From the NCBI GenBank assembly GCA_965207065.1, contig OZ242260.1:4160001-4224000 (forward strand): DNA of 64,000 bases, in the 5' to 3' direction. Source of the DNA: a bacterium (GTDB taxonomy: Bacteria; UBA8248). Position numbers and translations under genes: made by a program. Below, piece after piece: positions 50,851 through 62,210 of this stretch; position 1 is the stretch's first letter; each line of letters begins with the position of its first letter. Under the pieces are notes generated by a model that made no database searches, had not been told where the DNA came from, and was given only the letters and a program-made list of their open reading frames with translations.

Positions 50851-51186
50851 CTATCCGCAGCCAGGACCTCTGATCTCACTCGCCGCAACACCAGATGGAA
50901 CGAGCGTTTCGGCATAATTCGGGTCCGCTTCTTGTTTTTCGATATGTTCAGCTAGTTGTGAGAGCAGCATCTCGCGTTTCATCAACCCCAGGCGATATAT
51001 GCCCATCGGGTTAATGAGCTTCATATAGTAATGGTTTCCAGCGTCATGCTCCGTAGAACAGGCGGAAGGTTTTTGGGCGATGGAAAGTGGCCCCTCAAAT
51101 ACAACTGCAAATCGGGACAGAATTTCCTCTTTATGTAGATCCTCGGGAATCTCGGGGAATCTGACAACGAGTTCCTGGATGGTCAT
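50851..51186 (-). CDS. Hypothetical protein
   Basis: 111 aa, AAGGAG RBS, ends GPGCG. Confidence 0.65.
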   Translation of the reverse strand: MTIQELVVRFPEIPEDLHKEEILSRFAVVFEGPLSIAQKPSACSTEHDAGNHYYMKLINPMGIYRLGLMKREMLLSQLAEHIEKQEADPNYAETLVPSGVAASEIRGPGCG

Positions 51187-51319
51187 CGTTACTACTCCTT
51201 CATCAGTTGATCATTCAAATGGAACAACCCACTCAGTTTAACAGATGTCGAGCAGTATGACTCGCCATATCCTCTTCTTGCGACACAAGAACGAACCAAC
51301 CTCAAGATGACCGCAAGGA

Positions 51320-53296
51320 TTACATTTCCCGTATGAACCGAGCGGCGTAGCTCCTGATATTTTTCCCGTTCAGCACATGGAACCGACGGATGCGGGCGAT
51401 GGTCTCTCCAGAAAATCGACCGATGGGAATATGAACCAGATGTTTGTCGTGCAGCCGTGCAATCCGCCGCCAGCGTGAATTGGGTGGTCGGGGACTCACC
51501 AAGGCGATGAAACGCTCTTGCGAGTGAAAACACGCCCCTGCGATCAATCGTTCCTCCAGTGTCTGCGCGTAGTGAAAGCGCGAATCCCGCCAGACGTCCT
51601 CGATATATCGGGGAGGAAAAATAAAAAAAGCTCCGCCATATTGCGATTCCGCGATGCCGGGACCAACCAGATTGTCCCCGAACGGGGTCGCATACATGCA
51701 GAGCGTCGATTCCTGATCGTGTTCGGCGTACCACATCGTACGCCATGAGTACTTCTCGGCATCGGCGGGCGTATCGAACAAAAAGACGACAACCTCCAGA
51801 TTTCCTCGCGCGGGGGGAATTTCCTTTACATAGAGGTCACCCGTATGCCAGTTGCGGAGCGTTTCCCTGATATCGAGTCCGTCTTTTATCGATGTCGTGA
51901 ATTTCTCGGTGCGAGCCAGGTCTTCTCCAAAAAGCGCCTTGGCCTGTTCACGCACGTGGGTATGGAAACTCTCTATGGCGTCATCTTCCGGCGGCCAGGA
52001 ACACATGCCGAAAGGATTCCACCTCTGGGCCCATTCGCGCCTTTCAAAAGGCGTGGGCTTCGGTTTGAGGGAAACCCTCCTCCAAACGACGGCCGAACCA
52101 CCCAGGCGGTTCTTGAGCGTCCCGACGTCTCCATCAGGGAATACCGCGCGATCCACGCCAACTTGGACAAAATCGTCTTCATCGAATTCTGGAGTTTCAC
52201 GCTGATATGGATATTTTCGCGCAACTTCTAACAGCGACAATGCGAAAGCATCGCCCGCAGTCTGCTTGGCGGCAAGGGCGAGAGTAAATAAATCCGGCGT
52301 CAACCTCCTTCCCTGCAGTGTCAAATTCCGGACGTATTGCAAGAATATCTGGAGTCTTTGAGGTGTCACCCAGTTTTGCACGGGCCGATGTTCTCTCAAC
52401 CACAACTCTCTCGCCTCCAGGAGGAGCTCCTTGACGCCGTCGATAGAAAGATTGAAATCCCCCATGAATTCTTCGCGTTTTTTTTCGTATAAATACGTCA
52501 AATAGGGAAACTCTCCCAAGAGGAAAGCAAGGGTGTCTTCTGATACCCCATGCCTTCGGGGCGGATTGAGAGACGCGCCCGAGTGGAGTTCGAATAATTT
52601 CTCCTCACTGGATGGGCCTTCCAGACAGGCCGAGCGAATCCAGGGCCAATCCATCGCGGAACATACGAAGACGATGTGCTTGTATCGCGCTTCGAGTTCC
52701 AGCAAGGCGTCGGCCATCCAGCGGATTCTTGCTGCGCGCTGCGACGAGGCTGAGGGCTTGGGAGCTGCCGTTATAAGAGATGCAGCGAATGCCTCCATCG
52801 GTACTTTTTTAAGCGCATACGGATCCGGCAGCGTATGAACATCCTGATGAAAACGCCCCACTTCCATATCTACAAATACTCTGGGTAGACGCTCTCCCAT
52901 CGCCACTCTCAAAGCGGAAATCACGGGTTGGCAAGGGTCAATGGGTACATAGTTACAAGAAGTTAAGTCTGTATCATCTGAGAATAATTCTCCTTCAGTA
53001 CCCAAATCTTCTTCTGGTTGAGTGTACTGCTCCCATGATTCATCAAATTCCGCTTCATCATCTCTAAAATATGACGGGTCATCTTCGTTCACGGACACCA
53101 TTGAGACAAATGGGAGCTCATCTACACCCGCTTCTACTTCATCCTGAAAAGACAGAGGCAGAGGAATCGCAACGCAATCGGGTTCAAGTCGCAAAATCCT
53201 GTCGCGCACTTCGACTGCAAAGTCTCCCGACCCGTGGATGACGGGCAGTACGCTGATCCGCTCGGTGATGTTCAGAAAATCTTTTGCACTCATCAA
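51320..53296 (-). CDS. Uncharacterised large protein, possible TraB/DUF5682-like N-terminus; partner of AAA ATPase
   Basis: 658-aa ORF overlapping ATPase stop; VLPVIHGS...[18 protein letters not shown]. Confidence 0.65.
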   Translation of the reverse strand: MMSAKDFLNITERISVLPVIHGSGDFAVEVRDRILRLEPDCVAIPLPLSFQDEVEAGVDELPFVSMVSVNEDDPSYFRDDEAEFDESWEQYTQPEEDLGTEGELFSDDTDLTSCNYVPIDPCQPVISALRVAMGERLPRVFVDMEVGRFHQDVHTLPDPYALKKVPMEAFAASLITAAPKPSASSQRAARIRWMADALLELEARYKHIVFVCSAMDWPWIRSACLEGPSSEEKLFELHSGASLNPPRRHGVSEDTLAFLLGEFPYLTYLYEKKREEFMGDFNLSIDGVKELLLEARELWLREHRPVQNWVTPQRLQIFLQYVRNLTLQGRRLTPDLFTLALAAKQTAGDAFALSLLEVARKYPYQRETPEFDEDDFVQVGVDRAVFPDGDVGTLKNRLGGSAVVWRRVSLKPKPTPFERREWAQRWNPFGMCSWPPEDDAIESFHTHVREQAKALFGEDLARTEKFTTSIKDGLDIRETLRNWHTGDLYVKEIPPARGNLEVVVFLFDTPADAEKYSWRTMWYAEHDQESTLCMYATPFGDNLVGPGIAESQYGGAFFIFPPRYIEDVWRDSRFHYAQTLEERLIAGACFHSQERFIALVSPRPPNSRWRRIARLHDKHLVHIPIGRFSGETIARIRRFHVLNGKNIRSYAARFIREM

Positions 53297-54261
53297 TCGT
53301 CTCGATCTGGGTGCAAGGGGCTGTCGCCTCCAAAGAAAATATCGCCGAAATCAAGCGGCGGGGGTTCGTCGCCGAGGGCTTGTCGTCTTCTTTGCGCAAG
53401 GCTTTTCAGGTCCAATGCGTCATCTCCCAAAACCTTGGCGAGCGCCTCTCTCCACGCTTCGTCTCGAGAGAGTGGATGCTCCGGGTCCTGCGCAAGGCGT
53501 TTCAGGGCGAATTGAAGTATGTGGATTCCGTCCCGAGGAGAATACTCCAGGTCCAGTTCATGGGCTTCCTGTAAAAATTCCACCGTCAAGGCCAACATCT
53601 CGTTGGGAGCAAACGGCAAATGATATTTCAGGATGGCCATTTCATCTTTTTTGTTCGGGAATTCAAGCCCCAGAGTGGGTTGGAGTCTCGAAAGGATGTA
53701 ATCTGGCACCTCGTATGTTGAGGCATCTTCATTCATCGTTACGCAACAGCGGAAATCGGGGTGCGCCTTTATCGTGACGCCGGCCACAATGGACTCCACA
53801 TAACGGCGATGGTCGAGCAACGGAGCCAGCGAAGCCCAACTCTTTTCACTCATCCGATTGCCTTCATCCAACACGCAAACGCCCCCCCTTATCATGGCTG
53901 TAACAAGAGGCGATGCGTGATAGGCGATTTTGCCTGATTCCGCTAATACGGGCGTGATCAAGAGATCCTCCGGGCGGGTATCAGAGGTGCACTGATAAAT
54001 AAAAAGTTCCTGGCCTCGTTCCCGCGCCGCCGCCATCGCCAGCGTCGTCTTCCCGATCCCCGGGAAACCAATAATTCTCGGAGAGAGAGAAAAATCCTCC
54101 TCCGCTACGATCATCCAGCAGGCCAGAAGCTGTCGCAGTACCTCCGTCTGACCGATCCACGCTTGGTCGGAATCGGTGCGCCCGCTCAGATGCAGGGACA
54201 CTCCTTCGATTTCAACTACTCTCACGTCCGATTCTTCCTTGTTTGAGGTTTTATCGTGCAA
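53293..54261 (-). CDS. MoxR/AAA_5-type ATPase
   Basis: GFPGIGKT Walker A, VLDEGNR Walker B, HPDFR..VTMN, SRL. Confidence 0.87.
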   Translation of the reverse strand: MHDKTSNKEESDVRVVEIEGVSLHLSGRTDSDQAWIGQTEVLRQLLACWMIVAEEDFSLSPRIIGFPGIGKTTLAMAAARERGQELFIYQCTSDTRPEDLLITPVLAESGKIAYHASPLVTAMIRGGVCVLDEGNRMSEKSWASLAPLLDHRRYVESIVAGVTIKAHPDFRCCVTMNEDASTYEVPDYILSRLQPTLGLEFPNKKDEMAILKYHLPFAPNEMLALTVEFLQEAHELDLEYSPRDGIHILQFALKRLAQDPEHPLSRDEAWREALAKVLGDDALDLKSLAQRRRQALGDEPPPLDFGDIFFGGDSPLHPDRDD

Positions 54262-54331
54262 AATCGACTCCTATTTCCAAATTCCTGCTTCGAAAGTCAT
54301 AACATCTCGCCCTGGCAACCGGGACATACTT

Positions 54332-55078
54332 CTAATCCGTAAAATATCCCCCGTTTACATCCAGGGCTTCTCCGGTGATATGCGCAGCTTCTTCGCTTGC
54401 AAGAAACAAAGTGGGCGGCACCAACTCCGAAGCCATCGCGAACCTTCCCATCGGGTGTTTTGCCAGCGCTTTGTTGTATACATCCGGCCCAAATTCTCGC
54501 ATTAATGGTCCATCAATCGGTCCGGGGACCAAACAGTTCACGGTCACTTTAGTTTTCGCCAGTTCGCGAGCAAGGTTAAACGTCATAGCCAAAATACCAC
54601 CTTTTGAAGCGCCATATGTGAGATTCGGGCCCAGTCCCCCCGATTTTCCTGCCCCTGAGCCAAACAGGATAATCCGTCCCGACGGAGAATCCATGAGCGC
54701 AGGCATCGCCCCTTGAATGTAAAAATAAGGGGACAGGAGGTTCACGCTCAGAGCGCGCCTCCAGTCGGATTCATCGAGCGAGAGAGGGTCTTTCACCAGC
54801 ATGTTCGCCGCCGTGTGAACCAGGATGTCGCATCCACCCAGCCATGCGATTGCTTCTTGCAGCATGGCTTTCACTTCAGTGAAATTCTCGAAATCACAGG
54901 ATATTTTTTTCAGCATCTCCTCGGGACCTCTGATGAGCCGCAGTTTTTCTGAACTCCGTCCCGTGGCGACAAGCTTTGCGCCTGAATCCAGAAATCCCCG
55001 AACGAGTGCTTTGCCCACATCTCCAGAGGCACCGGTCAGAAGTACTTTTTTGCCATGAAAGTCAAAACGGAGTGTCAT
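54332..55078 (-). CDS. SDR family oxidoreductase
   Basis: TGASGDVG, YGASK, ITGEALDVNGG. Confidence 0.9.
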   Translation of the reverse strand: MTLRFDFHGKKVLLTGASGDVGKALVRGFLDSGAKLVATGRSSEKLRLIRGPEEMLKKISCDFENFTEVKAMLQEAIAWLGGCDILVHTAANMLVKDPLSLDESDWRRALSVNLLSPYFYIQGAMPALMDSPSGRIILFGSGAGKSGGLGPNLTYGASKGGILAMTFNLARELAKTKVTVNCLVPGPIDGPLMREFGPDVYNKALAKHPMGRFAMASELVPPTLFLASEEAAHITGEALDVNGGYFTD

Positions 55079-55231
55079 TTTGATGATCCCGAAGCCGGCA
55101 CACAACTTTCAGCCAGCCTCCTCCCCTGATATATATCGAATAAGATACAATATCAGTTGAAAGATCGCATTCTTGGCGGGAATTCAATTTTAATTGCTGC
55201 AGATACAACTAGAACAACTTGGGGAACACTC

Positions 55232-56497
55232 ATGAATTTGTTTGATGAACTGAAACTCCGCGGTTTGGTCCATGATCACACGGACCAGACGGAAATTCAG
55301 AGTATATTGGGAATTGGCGGTATGAGCCTCTATTGCGGCTTCGACCCCACGGCTGACAGCTTGCATATCGGAAATTTGATTCCCATTACGGGACTCATGC
55401 GTTTTCAACGTGCAGGACACCGGCCGATTGCCCTCATCGGCGGCGGAACCGGGATGATAGGGGACCCTTCGGGAAAATCAGAAGAAAGAAACCTCCTGAG
55501 CGCAGCAATTTTGGAACACAACCTCAAAGGAATCAGAGCTCAATTCGAAAGGTTCCTGGATTTTGATGCGGGTCCAAACTCTGCGCGTATGATGAACAAT
55601 GGGGAATGGCTGAATGAGCTCCGCCTCATCGATTTTTTCCGCGACGTAGGCAAACATTTTTCCATCGGCTACATGATGGCGAAAGAATCGGTAAAGTCGC
55701 GCATCGCCGATGCGGGGATATCATACACTGAGTTCAGCTACATGGCGCTTCAGGCGTATGATTTTCTGCACCTGTTTGAGAAAGAGAATTGCACCATGCA
55801 GATCGGCGGCTCGGATCAGTGGGGCAACATCACGGCGGGGATTGAACTCATCCGACGCGTTCGCGCAAAACCCGTATACGGAATGACCTTCCCGCTCATC
55901 ACGACTTCCGACGGCAGAAAATTCGGGAAGACAGAAGAAGGAAATATCTGGCTGGATCCGAAGCGAACCAGCCCTTACCGATTCTCGCAATACTGGATTC
56001 AGACAGACGACAGGGATGTCGGGAGGTTTTTCAGATACTTTACCTTTTTACCCGTTGATGAAATTGATGAGATTGAGAAGGAACATCTCAAGTCTCCGGA
56101 GAAACGAGCAGGACAACATCTCCTGGCTAAGGAATTGACGACGCTCGTACACGGCGCCACCGCAGCGCGAAGCGCAGAGCGCGCCGCAAAGATACTATTT
56201 GGTGCTCAACTCGATAACATCGAGAAAAACGATTTGCTTTCAGCCGCAGAGGAAATGCCAAAAACTCAGCAATCGGGAACACCACCATTTCCGCTTATTG
56301 ATATCCTGCTGGAAACCGGCCTTTCCAAATCGAAAACTATGGCGCGAAAAGAATTAAAAGGTGGCGGTATTTATGTGAACAATCTCCGTATTACGGATGA
56401 GGAAAGTGTTTTGTCTGCAGATGATATATTGTTCGGTCAATACATCCTGCTTCGAAAAGGAAAAAAGAACTATCATCTGCTAGAATTTGAAAGATAA
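55232..56497 (+). CDS. tyrS: Tyrosine--tRNA ligase
   Basis: YCGFDPTADSLHIGN, QIGGSDQWGN, KFGKT, C-terminal S4-like LRKGKK. Confidence 0.97.
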   Translation: MNLFDELKLRGLVHDHTDQTEIQSILGIGGMSLYCGFDPTADSLHIGNLIPITGLMRFQRAGHRPIALIGGGTGMIGDPSGKSEERNLLSAAILEHNLKGIRAQFERFLDFDAGPNSARMMNNGEWLNELRLIDFFRDVGKHFSIGYMMAKESVKSRIADAGISYTEFSYMALQAYDFLHLFEKENCTMQIGGSDQWGNITAGIELIRRVRAKPVYGMTFPLITTSDGRKFGKTEEGNIWLDPKRTSPYRFSQYWIQTDDRDVGRFFRYFTFLPVDEIDEIEKEHLKSPEKRAGQHLLAKELTTLVHGATAARSAERAAKILFGAQLDNIEKNDLLSAAEEMPKTQQSGTPPFPLIDILLETGLSKSKTMARKELKGGGIYVNNLRITDEESVLSADDILFGQYILLRKGKKNYHLLEFER

Positions 56498-56638
56498 ATA
56501 AATACGGAAATCATCATTGCCGCATATCGTTATGAGAGTTGAGTAAAGCCTCTTGAAAATTCCCAGACATTTGTTGATGCTGAAAATGGATTTCCATATC
56601 CGACGGCGTTTCGGCTCTACCGAAGCAACCCTCCAAAC

Positions 56639-57916
56639 ATGAACGAACGAAGAAGCGTCGCCCAGGTCGAATATCATGACCTGCCTCCCGAGTTTCACCA
56701 GTGGAAATGGCGGATTCTTATCGCTTTTTGTGTTTTCTATGCCTTCAACTATCTGGGCAGATTCAACTTCAGTCTGGTGCAGTACGCAGTCATCCAGGAT
56801 TTGGGCATCACGCGAGTCGATACCGGATGGATCAATTCATGGATGTTTTGGGGCTTCGCTTTCGGGGATTTGGTATTTGGGCGAATCGCGGAAAAAATTG
56901 GCTATAAAAACACCATTCTCTTCGCCGCCATAACCACGTCGTTGTTCAATTTCATCGCGAGTTTTGGATATTCCATCACTACGCTCGCCATACCCTGGGC
57001 GGTTGTCGGTTTTGTGAACGCGGCCACCTGGGGGCCAGGACTCGGCCTCGTAGCGCAATGGTGGCCCAGACGGGAGCGGGGGCAAGCGATTGGGCTCGTG
57101 GGAACAGCCGCCGGTATCGCGCTCCTCATTGTTTGGGCGGTCGTACCCTGGACGGCGGCGCAATATGGCTGGCGAGTTGCTATTCGCTACCCTCCTTTGA
57201 TCATCGCCGTTTTGGGAATCATTTTTTATTTTATCGTCAAAGACAAACCCTCTGAACTAGACCTCCCTGAGTATATTGAGTCAGATGAAGTATCCCGCGA
57301 GGCAGAATCGGCAGGCAGCGAAAGTGAACATGGACTGAAAGCATATTTTCACCTGATGACCAATCTGCGCTTCTTTTTGGCGTGCCACGTAAAAGGACTG
57401 GACAACGTGGTTCGTTACGGCGTCGTCTCGTGGGCGCCTTTGTACTACGCTCAAGCTGGTGGGTTTAATCTCAAGGAGATGGGCTTGCTGACCTTCGCCT
57501 ACCCTCTGGGGTATCTGTTCGGGCCCATATTTGGTGGAATCATTTCAGATAGATTTTTCAAGAGCAATCGCTCCATCGTGATTATACTCGCCGCCTTTCT
57601 GAGTGCCGCCGCGATGATGGGAATCGCGTATGCGCCCGCCGATAACATTCCCCTCGCCATCATTTTGCTTATCGTCGGTGGATTTTGCGTCAACATGTCC
57701 ACTGTGCAGGCGTTGGGGGTAGACTTGGCCGGCAGGCGCCTAGCCGGAACGGCGGCGGGCGTGTTGGATGCTCACGGGTATATCTATGGCGCGCTGCAAG
57801 CCATATTCTTTGGATGGCTGTCTCTAGCGATTTCAAATGGGTGGTTCTGGGTGTTCACGGCCATGGCGGCCAGTAGACTCATTGCGGTACTGCTCGTCTG
57901 GAGAGTGCGTGCATAA
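56639..57916 (+). CDS. MFS transporter (GlpT/UhpC-like)
   Basis: YLGRFNFS, WWPRRERG, GIISDR, GTAAG. Confidence 0.88.
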   Translation: MNERRSVAQVEYHDLPPEFHQWKWRILIAFCVFYAFNYLGRFNFSLVQYAVIQDLGITRVDTGWINSWMFWGFAFGDLVFGRIAEKIGYKNTILFAAITTSLFNFIASFGYSITTLAIPWAVVGFVNAATWGPGLGLVAQWWPRRERGQAIGLVGTAAGIALLIVWAVVPWTAAQYGWRVAIRYPPLIIAVLGIIFYFIVKDKPSELDLPEYIESDEVSREAESAGSESEHGLKAYFHLMTNLRFFLACHVKGLDNVVRYGVVSWAPLYYAQAGGFNLKEMGLLTFAYPLGYLFGPIFGGIISDRFFKSNRSIVIILAAFLSAAAMMGIAYAPADNIPLAIILLIVGGFCVNMSTVQALGVDLAGRRLAGTAAGVLDAHGYIYGALQAIFFGWLSLAISNGWFWVFTAMAASRLIAVLLVWRVRA

Positions 57917-57969
57917 ATGAGCAATTTTCATCAGGCAAATAGAGAGGCCCGCGTACTTGAGTTCAGCCA

Positions 57970-59367
57970 TCATTTATCATTTTCCCGCTTAATACCTATT
58001 AAAATTTCCAAACGAATCCTGTTTTCATCACTACCAAATTTCTTCTCCAAGAAAGAAAGCAGTCCTTGAACCAAATTCGCGCGGTGCTCTTGTGACATCA
58101 CCAAATAAGAGGATGCTCCAAAACGCCAATTCTTGTCCGTTCCTCGGACGATGAAGTCCAGGCGAACATCATCCTGTCTCGCCAAATACAGTGCCGCCAA
58201 AAGGTCTTTCCCATCATCGAGTTCGAATATCAATGACTGTTCCGTTCCATCTCCGAATCGAAGATTCAAGACCAGCATAGTCGTATCGGCCCATTTCGGG
58301 GAATCGAAAACGACAGAAAGCAATTCTGGGGAAGCAGAAGCATCAACGCCGATGACGATATAAGTTTCACCGCCTACGATAAACCTGTCTGATGAGAGAA
58401 CACCGCCTTCTTCATCCTTATGGGTTAAAAAATCATTCAACCAATCAGGCAATCTCTCCCGTCCGGGATAAGCCGTGGGTGTTTCACCCTCATCCAATAA
58501 TTGGAGTTTGTCCGCCCAAGCAAGCAAAGAAACCAGCAATGGCGGCGCTGGACGAAGGATTTCCGACTCCCAGGGAGTGACGCCTGCCATAGCGCTATCA
58601 AGACTTCTCATCAATTCATCCTGCATATTCTCCCACGTTGTCATTCGCTCGATTTCATTTCCAGCTTCAATCGAATTCTCCAAACCCTCAATCGCAGCCA
58701 ATCGACGAACCAATTCCGACAAATGTGAATCTTCTTCTATATCTCCATACATTATACGTGCTTCGGCAACCTTTTCGGTTAAACCATTATCATCAAGCCA
58801 TGAATCCAAATTCATCGGAAGAGGATGCAAACCGATATTCGGATCATTGGAGCGTCTCCAAAGGCCACGAGCACATTCCAAGGCAGCATTCACGGCCTGC
58901 TCCGTATGAATCTCCCATACATCGGAAAGTTCTTTTCGTATGGCGTTTTCGCCCACGCCGTCGTCGTACATGCTCGCCAGACGACGGAGCAACAAACTAA
59001 AAAAGGCCGATTGCGCCTTCACCATGGAAGACAATTTTCCGCGTCTCGACGTTAGGGATGTCAACATCAGATATAGGATACCGATTTCCGGCTTTACGCC
59101 CCGAGCATTAAAAAGCGCCGTCAGCTTACCTATGCGCTGAAGCACGAACCCCAACTCCTCACCGGCCAACAACTTCATGTGGATGAAAGAAATCGGGAGA
59201 ACCTGCTCGGGCAAGATGGGTTCCGCATGAGGAGGAAAAAGTGTTTGGGTGAAGTTTTGCCTGATTTGCTCGCCTACGTCCCCAAAACTCTCATGCAGGT
59301 AAAGCTCACAGGTCGATTCCCACCAATCGTAAAACAAACTTCGCCGCGCGGTAGGAGACACCCTCAT
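57970..59367 (-). CDS. Hypothetical protein
   Basis: 465-aa ORF, ATGA overlap with upstream gene; no recognised motif. Confidence 0.65.
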   Translation of the reverse strand: MRVSPTARRSLFYDWWESTCELYLHESFGDVGEQIRQNFTQTLFPPHAEPILPEQVLPISFIHMKLLAGEELGFVLQRIGKLTALFNARGVKPEIGILYLMLTSLTSRRGKLSSMVKAQSAFFSLLLRRLASMYDDGVGENAIRKELSDVWEIHTEQAVNAALECARGLWRRSNDPNIGLHPLPMNLDSWLDDNGLTEKVAEARIMYGDIEEDSHLSELVRRLAAIEGLENSIEAGNEIERMTTWENMQDELMRSLDSAMAGVTPWESEILRPAPPLLVSLLAWADKLQLLDEGETPTAYPGRERLPDWLNDFLTHKDEEGGVLSSDRFIVGGETYIVIGVDASASPELLSVVFDSPKWADTTMLVLNLRFGDGTEQSLIFELDDGKDLLAALYLARQDDVRLDFIVRGTDKNWRFGASSYLVMSQEHRANLVQGLLSFLEKKFGSDENRIRLEILIGIKRENDK

Positions 59368-59582
59368 TCGCTCTCGGGCATGGATGAGTGTTCACTCTGC
59401 CCTATCGATGGGGTGCGTGCTTTCTTCTGAATCAGGCGCCCGAGAGAAAACAAAATGACTGCTGAGCCTAAAATAATGAGTTGTATGGCATAGGCCGAAG
59501 GATTCGAAATGCCTATGAACAAGGCAATCGCGCAATCCACCATGGCGAGAAATTGCAGAGCGCGCCCCAAGCCATACATCAA
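59364..59582 (-). CDS. Small two-TM hypothetical membrane protein
   Basis: Overlaps neighbours at both ends; hydrophobic. Confidence 0.55.
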   Translation of the reverse strand: MMYGLGRALQFLAMVDCAIALFIGISNPSAYAIQLIILGSAVILFSLGRLIQKKARTPSIGQSEHSSMPESE

Positions 59583-60775
59583 CCAAGTTGTCCCAAGGCT
59601 GCTCTGATTCGTTCGATCCCCTCTTTTACGTTTTCCAGGGAAGTTGCGTAGGAGAAACGCACGTAATCATCCGCGCCGAAACCGGCGCCGGGCACGCCGG
59701 CGCAGTGCGCGTTTTCGAGGAGATACAGGCCCACATCCATTGAATTTTTCAATGCTCCATTCGGTCCCTGGCGCCCGAACACGCCGCTCACCCTGGGGAA
59801 GGCGTAAAACGCGCCCTTGGGGTTGACGACGCTGAGCCCGTCAATCGAGTTGAATCCCTCGACGATCGCTTTTCTTCTCGCGTCGTACTGCGCCAGCCAC
59901 TCGTTCAGGAAGTCATGCGATCCCCTCAAGGCCGCGACCCCCCCGTATTGGGCGAAGGAAGTGGCGTTGCTCGTGCTCTGGCCCTGCAGCGTGTCCATCG
60001 CCTCGATGATTTCAGGCCTTGCGAGCGTATACCCCAAACGCCATCCCGTCATCGCGTACGTTTTCGAGAACCCGTCCAGAACGAGGGTGCGCGCCTTCAA
60101 TTCGTCGGAAAAGCCGGCAATCGAGTAATGCTCTTCGCCGTCATAGGTGATTTTCCCGTAAATCTCATCGGACATGACCATCGCGTCGGTGGATAGCACC
60201 ACCTCGGCAATCGCCTCCAACTCCCCGCGGCTGTAGACGCAGCCCGAAGGGTTGCACGGGCTGTTGATCACCACGATTTTCGTTCGCTCGGAGACGACTT
60301 CTCGCAACTGCTCGGCCGTCATTTTATGGCCGTTTTCCTCGCTCGTCTGAACCAGAACCGCTTTCGCACCGGTCAGGGTGGCGACCGGTTCATAGGCCAC
60401 CCAGATGGGCGCCGGGATGACGACCTCATCGCCCTCCTCGACGAGGACGTGCAAGGCGTTGAATACCGATTGCTTCCCGCCCACGGTGACGATCACTTCC
60501 GATTTCGGGTCATACTTGAGACCCTTGTGCTCCTCCGCCCAATCGCTAATCGCCTCTCTCAATGCTGGTATGCCCCGGACCGCCGTGTATTTCGTGGCGC
60601 CGTCGCGAAGCCCCTGGATGGCCCCTTCCTTGATGTGTTCGGGGGTATCGAAATCAGGCTCTCCCGCAGCGAACGAGATGACGTCTACGCCTTGCGCCTT
60701 CATTTCCGCCGCCTTGGTGTTCATCGCCAGCGTGGGAATGGGAGGCAACTTGCTCATTCGGGATGCAAAACGCAT
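59579..60775 (-). CDS. aspC: PLP-dependent class I aminotransferase (aspartate aminotransferase-like)
   Basis: AGEPDF, NSPCNPSG, SDEIY, FSKTYAMTGWRLG, RFSYA. Confidence 0.9.
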   Translation of the reverse strand: MRFASRMSKLPPIPTLAMNTKAAEMKAQGVDVISFAAGEPDFDTPEHIKEGAIQGLRDGATKYTAVRGIPALREAISDWAEEHKGLKYDPKSEVIVTVGGKQSVFNALHVLVEEGDEVVIPAPIWVAYEPVATLTGAKAVLVQTSEENGHKMTAEQLREVVSERTKIVVINSPCNPSGCVYSRGELEAIAEVVLSTDAMVMSDEIYGKITYDGEEHYSIAGFSDELKARTLVLDGFSKTYAMTGWRLGYTLARPEIIEAMDTLQGQSTSNATSFAQYGGVAALRGSHDFLNEWLAQYDARRKAIVEGFNSIDGLSVVNPKGAFYAFPRVSGVFGRQGPNGALKNSMDVGLYLLENAHCAGVPGAGFGADDYVRFSYATSLENVKEGIERIRAALGQLG

Positions 60776-60802
60776 GAGAAACTCCAGAGTTAGAAAATGG
60801 AT

Positions 60803-61288
60803 TTAGCTGCGGAACCGCTCGTCGAGAGCCTCTCGCACGGAAGGGGATACGTGTTCGCTCACGTCTCCGCCGAGCGAGGCGACTTCCTTGACGAGGCTGG
60901 AACTGAGGAAACTGTACTGTTCGCTGGGCATGAGGAAAATCGTTTCGATCTCCTCGTTCAGCCTTCTGTTCATGAGCGTCATCTGCATCTCATAATCAAA
61001 ATCGCTCACGGCGCGCAGACCACGAATGATGGCCTGGGCATTCACATTCACGGCGAAATCCACGAGCAGTTCACGCTCAAAGCTTATAATCTCAATCTGG
61101 TTCGACTCCCTGAATTCTTCCAGGAAAAAATTCTTGCGCTCCTCGAAACTGAACAGGGGCGTTTTCGAGGGGTGAACGGAGATGGCCACGGTAACCTTCG
61201 AGAAAAGCCTCTGGCTCCTGCGAACGACGTCGAAATGCCCTTTCGTCGGTGGGTCGAAGGTTCCCGGGTATACCGCATGACTTTCCAT
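60803..61288 (-). CDS. coaD: Phosphopantetheine adenylyltransferase
   Basis: YPGTFDPPTKGH, RGLRAVSDFDYE, SSSLVKEVA. Confidence 0.96.
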   Translation of the reverse strand: MESHAVYPGTFDPPTKGHFDVVRRSQRLFSKVTVAISVHPSKTPLFSFEERKNFFLEEFRESNQIEIISFERELLVDFAVNVNAQAIIRGLRAVSDFDYEMQMTLMNRRLNEEIETIFLMPSEQYSFLSSSLVKEVASLGGDVSEHVSPSVREALDERFRS

Positions 61289-61471
61289 GGAAACGAACCT
61301 CATATCAAGCGAAAGGAGCCACTACCCTGTGCGAAATGCGCGTTAAAACTAGTCTTTTGGATATCTCGTGTCAACTTGAGGGCCGTGCAAACGCTGCGGA
61401 GTGGACCAAGCGGGGCATACTCTCCATTACGACCTGCACATTGCCGAAATCCGGGTCTATGACGGAATACC

Positions 61472-62038
61472 TTATGGTTTCAGGACCTCCCGCACCATAT
61501 GGCTGATCTCTGGAAGAATGATTTTTTCCATTCCCGTGCGACAGGCGTTCCCCGAGCCTGGAAGCGTCATGATGATGGTGTCCTTACAAGTCCCCGCTGT
61601 TGCCCGGGTGAGCATGGCGGCCGTGCCGATCTCCTCGAAACTCACGTGACGGAACAACTCGCCGAAGCCGGGCATTTCCTTCTCCAGAATGGAAACGACG
61701 ACGTCGTACGTCGTATCCCGCTTGGTGATTCCCGTCCCCCCGTTCGAAATCACAACCTGGTTATCCGGGTTCGTACACGCTTCTAGCAGCGCTTCGCGAA
61801 TCTGGTCCGGTTCATCCTTCACGATGCGGTAAAAGGCGACCTTGTGGCCCATGTCGCTCAGCATGTTCATGATCAATTTTCCGCTCGTGTCGCTGTCTTC
61901 TGTGCGCGTGTCGCTCACGGTGAGCACGCCGCACGTAACGGCGTCCGGCCCCTCGGCTCGGTGGTCTTCAAAAGTTTTCAGATCGGCCGCCTGTTCGACT
62001 TCCCGGCGGGATGGACCCTCTGCCTGGCTCATACTCAT
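61472..62038 (-). CDS. moaB: Molybdenum cofactor biosynthesis protein MoaB/MogA family
   Basis: LTVSDTR, DTSG, GGTGITKRDTT, LPGS. Confidence 0.9.
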   Translation of the reverse strand: MSMSQAEGPSRREVEQAADLKTFEDHRAEGPDAVTCGVLTVSDTRTEDSDTSGKLIMNMLSDMGHKVAFYRIVKDEPDQIREALLEACTNPDNQVVISNGGTGITKRDTTYDVVVSILEKEMPGFGELFRHVSFEEIGTAAMLTRATAGTCKDTIIMTLPGSGNACRTGMEKIILPEISHMVREVLKP

Positions 62039-62210
62039 CTCCTGCTGTTCGGCTTTCAGCGAAGCTCAATATCTACACTCACGCCCGATAACGAAAGAAC
62101 CGGAGAACGAAGTCTCCGGCTCTACTCGAGGTTTGCTATAAATCCTGAGGAGCGAACGACGGGAGCATACCTTCCTTCCACGGCAGGCTCGCCGCGCACG
62201 CTCTCGGAAC

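Noticed and set aside
50851-50865. Possible C-terminal Sec motif in the protein ending GPGCG
   Set aside because: The stop codon is TAG, not TGA
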